Source: a virus. From it: DNA of 64,000 nt. Position 1 is the first letter of the stretch; each line of letters starts with the position of its first letter. Location: positions 3,996 through 67,995 of the IMG/VR virus record IMGVR_UViG_3300043449_001484; one strand, written 5' to 3'. The notes under the pieces are model-generated. The model saw only the letters and a program-made list of their open reading frames with translations, had not been told where the DNA came from and searched no databases. A program made the position numbers and the translations under genes. Shown in pieces: positions 46,412 through 55,700 of this stretch.

Positions 46412-47320
46412 TTAGGCCGCGCCGGGCGAACCGAAGATACCGCGCCAGTCGGAGAAGCCGAAGCTGTAACGCTCACGCGCTTTGTAGCGCACGTTACCAG
46501 TCTCGAAGTCACCTTCAAAGGCGGTTTTCATGCTGACACGGTCAAACATCTTCATGCCGTTAGGAGCATCGGTCTTGATGAACCATGCATCTGGATCGGT
46601 CAGGTAGTGGTTGACAGTGTAACCCTGCGGAATCATGCCCATGTTCTTGATGGCATTGATATCGTTGTCAGCAGTGCCGACACGCAGAGTGGACTTCATG
46701 ATGCGGTCCGCAGTGAACTGAAGCTCTTTTGGGATGATTAGCTTCAGACCTTGGATCGCGATCTTCAGGTTACGCTCGTCTACCAATGACTGGATGTCGA
46801 TGAGGGCCTGCTCCAAAGAAGTCTCGGAGAGGTCAGCAGCGGTTGCCAGTTCATTTTTCTGGTCTGGACCACCAATAATTGGGTGATCTGTCGAGCATAG
46901 AGCAACACCATCACCACCAGTAGAAGTAGTGAAAGCACCATTCAGAACAGATGCCGCTTTGATCTGCTTGGTGGTTGCCATTGAACGAGCCAGTGCCATG
47001 GTATAACGACGAGACAGACGGTCGTACAGGTTATCTTCCACAGCCTCTTCAGTCAGCGAGAACGCCAAAGCGATAGTCTCGTGAGTGTAGCGGGCAGTGT
47101 AGACTTCCTGCGCGGTGTCGTAAGCCAGACCAGCGCCTTCGGTTTTGACCGGAGCCTCACCAAAGCCGGACAGCATGACTTCCTCTTCAAATGCGCGATC
47201 AGATGACTCAACATCATAGATCTGCAAATGCTCTTGCTCGTAGTTCTTATACTCAAGGCCGAACAGGGCGTTTAGGCCCGGCTCAAGTTCCTTAACTAGT
47301 TGTGCACGTGTAATTGCCAT
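46412..47320 (-). CDS. Major capsid protein (Mu gpT-like, HK97 fold)
   Basis: MAITRAQLVKELEPGLNALFG...YLTDPDAWF...RERYSFG.SDWRG. Confidence 0.9.
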   Translation of the reverse strand: MAITRAQLVKELEPGLNALFGLEYKNYEQEHLQIYDVESSDRAFEEEVMLSGFGEAPVKTEGAGLAYDTAQEVYTARYTHETIALAFSLTEEAVEDNLYDRLSRRYTMALARSMATTKQIKAASVLNGAFTTSTGGDGVALCSTDHPIIGGPDQKNELATAADLSETSLEQALIDIQSLVDERNLKIAIQGLKLIIPKELQFTADRIMKSTLRVGTADNDINAIKNMGMIPQGYTVNHYLTDPDAWFIKTDAPNGMKMFDRVSMKTAFEGDFETGNVRYKARERYSFGFSDWRGIFGSPGAA

Positions 47321-47331
47321 GATTTAGCTCC

Positions 47332-47913
47332 TTATTCGCCCGGTGTGCCAACACTGCCATAGCTGTGGCAGTTGATCTTGACAACTACTTGAGTGAAGTT
47401 CTCCCCTAGTGCATTGCCGGGAACATCATATTTACCGACAATCTTCAGCACAAGAGTTGAACCTGTGCCTACTGTGGAAGAATCGAGTTCCATATTAGAT
47501 AGGCCACTGATGGCGCTACCTGTAGAACCGACGGTAACTTCAGCATTTTGACCCATGTCGGCTTGGACAATGTCCTCATCCGCTTGGATCACAAACAGCT
47601 GACTTGGATCGTCAATCACATCAGCCTGAATTGTGCCGGTAGTGATGTTGACGGAGCCGGGATAGTACATCTTCCATGTGGGCTTGCCAGTGGTTGGGTC
47701 TACGTAATAGCAGCCATTGAAAACACCCACAGCAGTGGTATGGCTTGCTGCTACATACTTAACGATGTAACCGCCAGCGATTGTAACTAGATCGCCTTGA
47801 TAGATCGCACCAGATTGGTTGTCTGCAATCTGATACCCATACTGCTTTTGGGCACCGGTAGCGGATAGATTACCAAGCGGGCGCAGACCATAGGCTTTAT
47901 CGACGTTTGCCAT
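47332..47913 (-). CDS. Capsid cement/decoration protein
   Basis: MAN.D.AYGLRP, GVFNGC, DDP..LF; immediately upstream of the MCP gene. Confidence 0.65.
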   Translation of the reverse strand: MANVDKAYGLRPLGNLSATGAQKQYGYQIADNQSGAIYQGDLVTIAGGYIVKYVAASHTTAVGVFNGCYYVDPTTGKPTWKMYYPGSVNITTGTIQADVIDDPSQLFVIQADEDIVQADMGQNAEVTVGSTGSAISGLSNMELDSSTVGTGSTLVLKIVGKYDVPGNALGENFTQVVVKINCHSYGSVGTPGE

Positions 47914-47934
47914 TTGTCTATTCCTTAAAAAAGT

Positions 47935-48417
47935 TTACTCATCGGCCTTCGGGCTTCCAAAGACCGTTCGTGACCGACGTTGCGGATTGTTGATGCGCAT
48001 GCTGTCATGAGCATTTGCCTTCAACAGATCGTTATCTACGGCCTGCAATTGATCTCGGGTGCGCGAGGTGTAATACGCATTGCGCTCTGCAACCGTTTCT
48101 TCGGGAATACGCGCCAAGAGCAGACTACCTACGCTAAGTACACCAGCGTGGCGGCTGCCTTCCGATGAAGTTCCAAGGAAGTCAGGATATTCGTCGGCAC
48201 GAACAAGTTCGTAGCCTTCGCGTAGCCGTGAAGCTACGTTGATACGGTCATCATATCCATTTGCTTCTGCTCGAATCCAACGGTGCTTGTATCCCGGAGG
48301 CGCAGGAGGCGCATCCAGTTTAGAAGGAGGGGCCCACGGCTTGCGGCGCGCAGTTGCGGAACGTGTTTCAGTTTCACGCGACTTGCGATTTAATGAAGGC
48401 ACTTCAAGTTTGTCCAT
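47935..48417 (-). CDS. Conserved head-module protein
   Basis: WAPPS.L.AP..P.GYKHRWIR...EGYELV...LLLARIP. Confidence 0.7.
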   Translation of the reverse strand: MDKLEVPSLNRKSRETETRSATARRKPWAPPSKLDAPPAPPGYKHRWIRAEANGYDDRINVASRLREGYELVRADEYPDFLGTSSEGSRHAGVLSVGSLLLARIPEETVAERNAYYTSRTRDQLQAVDNDLLKANAHDSMRINNPQRRSRTVFGSPKADE

Positions 48418-48421
48418 GGTA

Positions 48422-49393
48422 TTACTCCTTTACATATTTGGCGTATTCCTCAAGCGGAACACCCAACTTTTTGGCAATCGCTACCTGACTCGGAGTCAGT
48501 TTCACGGTGCGGCGCGCGTTATTAACTCCCGACGAACGGGTTGCAGGAGCGACGGAGTGCGCGGCCCGTGCTCTCTGTGGTTTTTGTTGCATAGACGGAT
48601 TATTTCCTCTTTGGAACTTGTTAGGAAACGCTTCGCGTATACGCCTGTCCAGCTCATCATAGTACTCTTCGCTTTCGGGGTCAAATCTCTCATCAATCAC
48701 CAACTGGCGATGGATGCCCCATGTGGCATGCGTCATAGCAGTATCCGTTCCAAACCATGGATTCTGCTCCGCCCATTCCTCTGCGCGCGGGTCAGGCTCG
48801 CGAGCGGCCTGTTGCGGCGCTTGCTGGGCCTGTTGTCGCATTGCCGCCTGCTGCTGGGCCTGAAGCGCAGCCGCTTCATCCTGCTGTTGTCGCTGGGCCG
48901 CTGCCTGCTGGATCTGACGCTGGTCCATCAGGATGGCAGTTAACCGCTCCTGCGCCTCCGTCTCGGTATCCATATCGCCCTCTTCCCGCGCTTGGCGCAA
49001 GACTTGCTTTAAGGCTGCGATTTGGGTATCAATTCGGCCCTTCGCCTCATAAAGACGTTCGGTATCCGTCTGACGGAACTGCTGTTCTAGCTGCGTTGCA
49101 CGCTGCTGTACGCTTTTTGCGTATTCAATAGCCGCATGCTCACGACGCTCCGTCTCACGAAGACGCGCTGTTAGCTTTTCAATACGCTTTCGGACATTAC
49201 TGCTGTATTCGTCCATGTCCTTGGACTGCTGACGCTGCTCAACAGCTTGTTCGGACGCAGGGGAACTTTCCAGTTCTATTTCCGGGGCTTCTGGCGCATC
49301 CGCTAACTGAGCATCCGTGCCATCCTCGTTCATTTCAATGGTTGCAGGCTCTTCGCCTTCCCCAATATCAAACTCTAGTTGTTCGCTTGACAT
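48422..49393 (-). CDS. Capsid scaffolding protein
   Basis: Acidic coiled coil, W...NPWFG, C-terminal VKLTPSQVAIAKKLGVPLEEYAK. Confidence 0.75.
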   Translation of the reverse strand: MSSEQLEFDIGEGEEPATIEMNEDGTDAQLADAPEAPEIELESSPASEQAVEQRQQSKDMDEYSSNVRKRIEKLTARLRETERREHAAIEYAKSVQQRATQLEQQFRQTDTERLYEAKGRIDTQIAALKQVLRQAREEGDMDTETEAQERLTAILMDQRQIQQAAAQRQQQDEAAALQAQQQAAMRQQAQQAPQQAAREPDPRAEEWAEQNPWFGTDTAMTHATWGIHRQLVIDERFDPESEEYYDELDRRIREAFPNKFQRGNNPSMQQKPQRARAAHSVAPATRSSGVNNARRTVKLTPSQVAIAKKLGVPLEEYAKYVKE

Positions 49394-49402
49394 GTTTTCT
49401 CC

Positions 49403-49882
49403 TTAGAGCATGTGGATGATGTCTTCCGGATCGCTGATTGTTGCCAAAACCTCATCATCGTTGATGATTCGGATTTCGCCACCCTCAATCGGAATACGGG
49501 AACCCGCATATCGCCCGAAAACAATCCAATCTCCAGCCTTGCACCACGGGCCGTCAGGAAACTTGCTCTCGTCGCAATATGCCAACGGCCCTACTTCCAG
49601 CACATAGCCGCAAGTGGTCGTTAATTGGGTCTTTTTTTGGGTTTCATCGGCAATTGCAATGCCACCCTTGGTCATCCGAGCGCCTCGATACGGCAAAATG
49701 GACAAACGCCATCCCGTTGGGTGAGGCAAACGGTCACGAACGCTCCCGTCCAGCTTTTCCTCATCCAACTTACCGTCATCGGTAAAGACATCGTCAACGG
49801 TCGGACCTTTAGCTCTCTGCTCGTCCAACCATTTGCGCTCTAAAGCCGTCAAACCTTCTGTTTTTTCTTCTACCGCTTCCAT
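49403..49882 (-). CDS. groES: Co-chaperonin GroES-like protein
   Basis: P.GWR...TKGGI...VGP.AY...WCK.GDWIVF.RYAG...RIINDDEV; start at MEAVEE. Confidence 0.85.
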   Translation of the reverse strand: MEAVEEKTEGLTALERKWLDEQRAKGPTVDDVFTDDGKLDEEKLDGSVRDRLPHPTGWRLSILPYRGARMTKGGIAIADETQKKTQLTTTCGYVLEVGPLAYCDESKFPDGPWCKAGDWIVFGRYAGSRIPIEGGEIRIINDDEVLATISDPEDIIHML

Positions 49883-49898
49883 TTGTCCTCCTCTGGGG

Positions 49899-50087
49899 TT
49901 AAGAATCATCAGCAAAGTTTTTAAGACGCTGTCTAAGCGCCTCTTCAACCAGATTCAAAGCCTCCAGACGGCCCATCAGGAAACGATACCGCTCCATGTT
50001 GTTCACCGAGCCACCTAAAACCATAGCCTCAGTGTCAGACCTCAAAGACCGCAGGTCCTTCAGAACTGCTTCCGCAAATTCCAGCAT
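49899..50087 (-). CDS. Conserved small protein upstream of groES
   Basis: GG...MERYR..MG.L.AL motif. Confidence 0.7.
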   Translation of the reverse strand: MLEFAEAVLKDLRSLRSDTEAMVLGGSVNNMERYRFLMGRLEALNLVEEALRQRLKNFADDS

Positions 50088-50140
50088 GGTAAATCTCCAT
50101 GAGAGCAGACGGTTCTAAGCTACCGTCTGGAAAGCTTGAA
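50085..50140 (-). ncRNA. Candidate structured leader RNA
   Basis: 8-bp stem CAGACGGU/ACCGUCUG with loop AGCUU pairing to upstream AAGCU; CAUGG/CCAUG hairpin encloses the RBS and AUG. Confidence 0.45.
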
Positions 50141-50142
50141 TT

Positions 50143-50403
50143 TCAATAAATCTTGACCGGGTTGTTCCCGTCTCTTTTCTTCACAATCATCGCCGGGCCC
50201 TGCACACCCTTCATCGCACCGCCCTTGGCCATCTTTTTTGACTTGCCTGCAGTAGACAGTGCAATCGCCACCGCCTGCTTGACCGCTGCCTTCTTACTCT
50301 TGGGCTTACTCGTACCAATCTCGCCCGTCTTTTTGAATTTTCCCACCATTTCGCTAATGTTGCCAGAAACAACTTTCTGACTCGACCCTTTTTTAAGAGG
50401 CAT
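50143..50403 (-). CDS. Small basic protein
   Basis: MPLKKGSS...[12 protein letters not shown]...MAKGG. Confidence 0.75.
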   Translation of the reverse strand: MPLKKGSSQKVVSGNISEMVGKFKKTGEIGTSKPKSKKAAVKQAVAIALSTAGKSKKMAKGGAMKGVQGPAMIVKKRDGNNPVKIY

Positions 50404-52759
50404 TTTGCGCTCCTTGCTGTTGGTTAATCTGATTCAACCGCTCTCTAGCCACATCCGCACGCAACATCGCAATATTTTCCTGCGATTGAATCCGTGCCTG
50501 ATTCGCTGCCTTGTTCTCAGCTACCTTCTGCTGCTCAATACCTAAGCGTTGCTGATCCACCTGAATTCTTGCCTGATCCGTTTGTGCCCGCTGCTGGATT
50601 TCCGCTTCCTTCAACTGCACAATCGGATCCGGACCCTCTCCAGAAATCTGCGACTGCATCTGACGAACCTCCATCATGCCTTGCGCAACCTTCACCGCAA
50701 TCATGCCCTCCTTCTGAATCGCAGACACCATACGATCCGGGTCAGAGCCATACTCCGCAAACAGTTGCGCTTCGACTTCCTCTTCCGCTTTCTTCCTGAC
50801 ATGGTCAAGAATATGCTTTTGCAGCGTCATCGCCGACTGTGGATTGGCCTGTAACATCGGAGACAAGCCCATCACCAAGTGCGACAAGATATGCGCGTCA
50901 TGCTGCTGACCAGAGAACGCTTTTAGCTCCATCAAATCCAGTACATCCGCATTTTCCTGCGCGGGATCCTTAGGCATCTGCGTATTCTGTGGCCTCAAGA
51001 TGCCGTCAATATCGCGCACGTTCATCGCCGCATACACACGGTAGTACGCCTCGTACATGTTATGCATCATGGGCGCACTTTGCGCCAACTGCAGTTGCGT
51101 TTGCGCCAGAGTGATCCTCTGAGCGACTGAAAATATGTTGGGGTCTGCAACAGGCAGCACTGCCACGAGCTCATTAAAGTCTTTTTTCTTGATCTTGCGG
51201 GAAGCGCCCGGTACTTCATAAGGATATTCGTCCTCCAAGTACTTGCCAAAGCCCTTTGCCAGCAGCTGGAACTCGATCTTCTGCGCATAATGCAGGCGCT
51301 TGTGAATCGCCGACATCACCATCGAGCCTTTTTCCAGCAACGCGATGGTTGTACCCACCGCCGCCATCTGATTGCCTTCGCCAACCTGCATGTCGGCAAT
51401 CGACGCCAGCCTCTTTCCTGCCTCCACCACAAAACCAAGCAACGCAAACAACGTCTGACTCGGCTCTTTGTACGGCAGCGGCAATAATGACGAGGTCAAC
51501 TCCGCACCACCCGCGTCAATATCCCGCCATTCGCCCGGCTGAATCGGATTATCGCTGTCCGCAATCCTCGCGCCCTTGGCTTTGAAGCCCGCAGGCAGGT
51601 TTGAGAGCGTTCCTGCGTCCAAAAGCTGGCGCATTGCCATCGTCGCCGTCTTTGACAAGCCACCAATCAGATGCACAAAGCCCAAGCCATACGCGCCAAG
51701 GCCCTCGACCAGCACATAATGCACAAAAGTGGGGATGCGGAGCTTTAATTCGTCATCTTCTTCCCAATTTCTACGCACGCCAATGACGCGACCGCTCACT
51801 TCGTCAATCGTAATCAGAAAAGGCAGCTTGATTCCCGTCGGCTCGCCATCCTCATCCAAGTCTTCAAAGCCCGGAACGTCGTAATCGACGTGCATTTCCA
51901 GCAAAAAGATCTCTTCTGCCTCTTCAGACGGCGTTAAACCAGTCTGTTTATCGGTCGCCTGCGTAATATCCGACGCCGTTGGGTCGCTCGACTCGGGCTG
52001 AATGTTCAAATCAAGGTATTCGCCCGCTACAACACGTTTTCTAAACTCGTTCGCGGGCATCGCAACACGGTGTGTTATGCGTGTGCACTGGCTCATGACG
52101 CTTGAACCGAAGTACGGGATGTACAAATCGTCTGCCAAGACCAGTTTTGACACCATCCGACCGACTTGACGGTCGTAATACACCTTCTTGAACACCGATC
52201 CACCGTATCCAAGATGGAAAAGTGCCTGATCAAACTCAGGGGTGTACTCTTCCATCACGTTCGTGATCTGGTAATTCATGAAATCTTGCACGCGAGCAGC
52301 CTGTTGGGCCTTGTCCAACGTCTCTTTGCCCACGATTTGCGTCCTAACCGGCCCACTTGAAGGCATCAACTCCTTCATCGCCTGCGCTTGGAACTGCACA
52401 ATCGCCTCCGTCAGCATCGGATGCACCGCTCCAGCAGCACCACGGAAGGGCTTGGTGCGCTCTTCAAGCTTCAAGCCCAGCAAATCCATGCCCTTGGAGT
52501 ACATCGACTCCCAATCCGAACGCGAAGACTTGTCCGCTTCGTACAATGCCTGCAGATCTTTGGCCATCACAGACAAGTCATCCTCGTCGATTACCTCGGC
52601 AAGGTTGCTGTAGAAGTCCACTTCATCGGCTTCTTCTTCGCCCATCTCAATCGTGGCACCACCGTCTTCTTCCAAGACGATCTCGATCTCCGGCATGCCT
52701 GCCGCATCAATCTCCACGGACAAGGGCTTCTCTTCTTCCCCGAGCTTATCTATTGGCAT
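50393..52759 (-). CDS. Portal protein
   Basis: [51 protein letters not shown]. Confidence 0.9.
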   Translation of the reverse strand: MPIDKLGEEEKPLSVEIDAAGMPEIEIVLEEDGGATIEMGEEEADEVDFYSNLAEVIDEDDLSVMAKDLQALYEADKSSRSDWESMYSKGMDLLGLKLEERTKPFRGAAGAVHPMLTEAIVQFQAQAMKELMPSSGPVRTQIVGKETLDKAQQAARVQDFMNYQITNVMEEYTPEFDQALFHLGYGGSVFKKVYYDRQVGRMVSKLVLADDLYIPYFGSSVMSQCTRITHRVAMPANEFRKRVVAGEYLDLNIQPESSDPTASDITQATDKQTGLTPSEEAEEIFLLEMHVDYDVPGFEDLDEDGEPTGIKLPFLITIDEVSGRVIGVRRNWEEDDELKLRIPTFVHYVLVEGLGAYGLGFVHLIGGLSKTATMAMRQLLDAGTLSNLPAGFKAKGARIADSDNPIQPGEWRDIDAGGAELTSSLLPLPYKEPSQTLFALLGFVVEAGKRLASIADMQVGEGNQMAAVGTTIALLEKGSMVMSAIHKRLHYAQKIEFQLLAKGFGKYLEDEYPYEVPGASRKIKKKDFNELVAVLPVADPNIFSVAQRITLAQTQLQLAQSAPMMHNMYEAYYRVYAAMNVRDIDGILRPQNTQMPKDPAQENADVLDLMELKAFSGQQHDAHILSHLVMGLSPMLQANPQSAMTLQKHILDHVRKKAEEEVEAQLFAEYGSDPDRMVSAIQKEGMIAVKVAQGMMEVRQMQSQISGEGPDPIVQLKEAEIQQRAQTDQARIQVDQQRLGIEQQKVAENKAANQARIQSQENIAMLRADVARERLNQINQQQGAQNAS

Positions 52760-52762
52760 CGC

Positions 52763-55700
52763 TTATTCCTCACCCTTGTTTTTGTACTTCAGGTAGTCTT
52801 GGTACTCGTTGCCCCAGTCAACCGTCTTTGCTTCTTCTAGTCGATCACCTGTACGCGTGCTGCTGTAAGTATCGGACTTGAATGAAGTGGGGCCCAGATT
52901 GTCAAACAGCTCGAATAAAGCTTTCTTTTCTTCCGGAGTGGGCATGCTGTTGAACTTGGATTTGATCTGCGTGATCTCTAAGCCCTTGTCGTCCGTAAAC
53001 TTAGACTCCACGGTGACCTGCGGGATACCTTTTTCATTACGAAGTGAAAACACGCGGGCCAACCCAGACTCAAATGCAGGCTTGCCACCCAAGTTGTAGC
53101 TGCTGCTGGTCTTGTAGCCACCAATTGAATGACGCATTGCTGCGCCTTCCAACTCCACCGCGTCAGGCGTCATGATGCGAACCCACTTCTGATCCTTGCT
53201 CAATTCATACACCGGGTTCGTGCCTTGGAAATAAATCTCCTTAGGCACCGGTTTGCCCGCTTTCGCATTATCAATAACCGCTTCCCAGTCGCGCTTGAAA
53301 CGCATATTCTGCGCGCCTTTAATCACGGCCTCAGGGAAACTCATACGACCTAGTTCTCCCACTGGGATGGACGCAATACCTTGCGCAACATTCCTTGCAT
53401 TCATGAAGTCTGTGTAGGTTCCCATTACATCGTAGATGGGCTCGCCTTTTTCAGCGGCATAAAGAAGCGATTGTTCACTACCTTTAAGTTCCTTTAGAAA
53501 GGCTTCTCTGCGCTTGGCTTCAATCGCTGGATCATCAATCTTTGACCCTGCAGAAACCATTAATCTAGCCAATTCTTTTCTTGCTGGAGTACTATATTCT
53601 GATAGTAGTTGATCCATTTTAGTTGGAGTAGGGTAATCTGGATTCATGAGTTCAGGCTCAACCCCTTCTGCCGCCATACGTTCACGCATCCCACGATCTG
53701 CCTTGCCACTGACTGCATACGCAGTTCCCTCCATGTCAGGGGGAACATAGCTTATTGCGCGAATTCCCGTAGCTTGATCATAAGCTTTTTCTAAATCCTG
53801 CAATGCCTCGGGATCGCCTGATTCAGCAGCCTTCATCAAATAACTACGGAATCGTTCTTTATCTGAACCGTATCTAGGTAGCCGACCTTCCAACAGCGCA
53901 GCACGCAATGGATCATCTGACGTGCCGTAAGCGGTCGTCAAATACTTGCGACCCTTCGTGCGGATAAAGTCCGCTACCGTCTTCGCATCCTTGCCTGCCA
54001 GCGTTTCCGATGACGATAGACCTTTAACTATGTCGTTCAAATAATCATCCATCCGCGAACCATACTCGGGCGGGAAAAACGTGCCACCCTTGGGCTTGAC
54101 AGCGTACATCGGTCCAAGACCTGCTTTTTGCAGTTGACGTTCTGCCATCCTTCCAGCAGTCGGACCCAATTCTTCCAACGCCTTCTTAGCTCCCGTCTTC
54201 GCGCCCTTGGCCACCTTCGTTGCCGTGCCCGCAGGGATCGGCAGAGGCAAATAAGTACCTACCTCCTCAAACCCCGCCGCTTCCTTTGTCGGCTTGGTCA
54301 TGCGACCCGGCATGTAATCCCGCAGAACTTCTTCTGTCGTCGCGAATTTGCGCGTCTTGTCGCTGTCCCTAAAGATCGACTCAATGTCCCCCACTGATCC
54401 GGGGATCGCGGCTACTGAACCACGCAACCCGGACTCCACATTTGACGCACCCTGACCGTAGATGTCCTTTAACGTGCGCAACACCTCGCCCGCACTTACC
54501 CCACGCCTGTTCAAAAGTGCTGCCATCGTGTCCGGCGTAATGCCTCCGGTGTCCGGCATCTCGCCGTACACGGGCGACCCGTCTGCGCGCTTGACGGGCT
54601 TCTTGGCAGGCACTGCCAAATCAACTTTACGGCCCGTTCCCGGCGGCAGTTTACGACCAGCATACAAACGCAACTTGTCCATCAAAGTATTATCATCACT
54701 GATGTAGTCACCAATAAAGTCGCTATCCGAACGAACTCCACGCTTCGATGTCAATGGGTTAAAGTCGTACTCATCAATAATCTTGTAGCTATCGGTCTTT
54801 GGGTCATACTCGTAATTAAACTGACCCAGCGACTTAGACAAAGAAATGTAGGGATCAAGACGGCCTGAAGTCAAAGGGTACTGCTTGATAGGGCGATCTC
54901 CTAGCAAAGCCTTGTAGTCCTTATACGACATTGACCCTTTTTTGCCGCCCTTACGAGAGATGAGATCGGCTAACGCATCCATCTCTTCCTGATTAAAATA
55001 TTCCTTCGTTACCGGCGCGCGGTTTTCCTTTACCCCAAAAGTATCCAGATAAAGTTTATGCGCAGCCGACATCTTTGATTTATCAGCAGGGATTAGGTCC
55101 GCTCCCTTAATACCAGCGCTCATCAAAAAGTCGGAAACATTCGCGCCCATGCGCTCGCCAAAGGTAGGCTCAAGCACATAGCCTTCCGCAGTCACCGGCG
55201 AGCCCTCGGCACGGTGAACTGCACCGCCGTGGGCAAAAGACTGCGGCACGATGTCCGGGGTCTTCACGTTCGGACCAAACTTGGGCTGGCCCAGATTCAA
55301 GCCCACCTTTTTTCCCACATCTTGGATCACAGACAAATCCTGCCAACGCGACGGTAACGACCTACCCCCCGTGCCATACTGAAACGCTGCATTCACTAAA
55401 GACTGCTCTGGATTATTGGACCGTGAGACGCTATACGCCGTCCTGCCCACATTAGCCGCTGTACTCAAAGGAATCTGCGTGCCCGGCACCATCACCGGTG
55501 CTGTGGCCACGGGCACTGATCCGGGGGCCAAGGCACTCGCGCCACTGCCCAGATTTAATGCACTACCTAAGGCATTTCCCCCAAGATACGCAAACGCGGC
55601 TTTGGTAATCGGAATCGTAGCCTTTTCCAAAAATCCCTGTATCCCGCCACTGCCTTTGTTCTTCCAACGCAAATACTCGTTGTACCTGTCCGCCGCCGTG

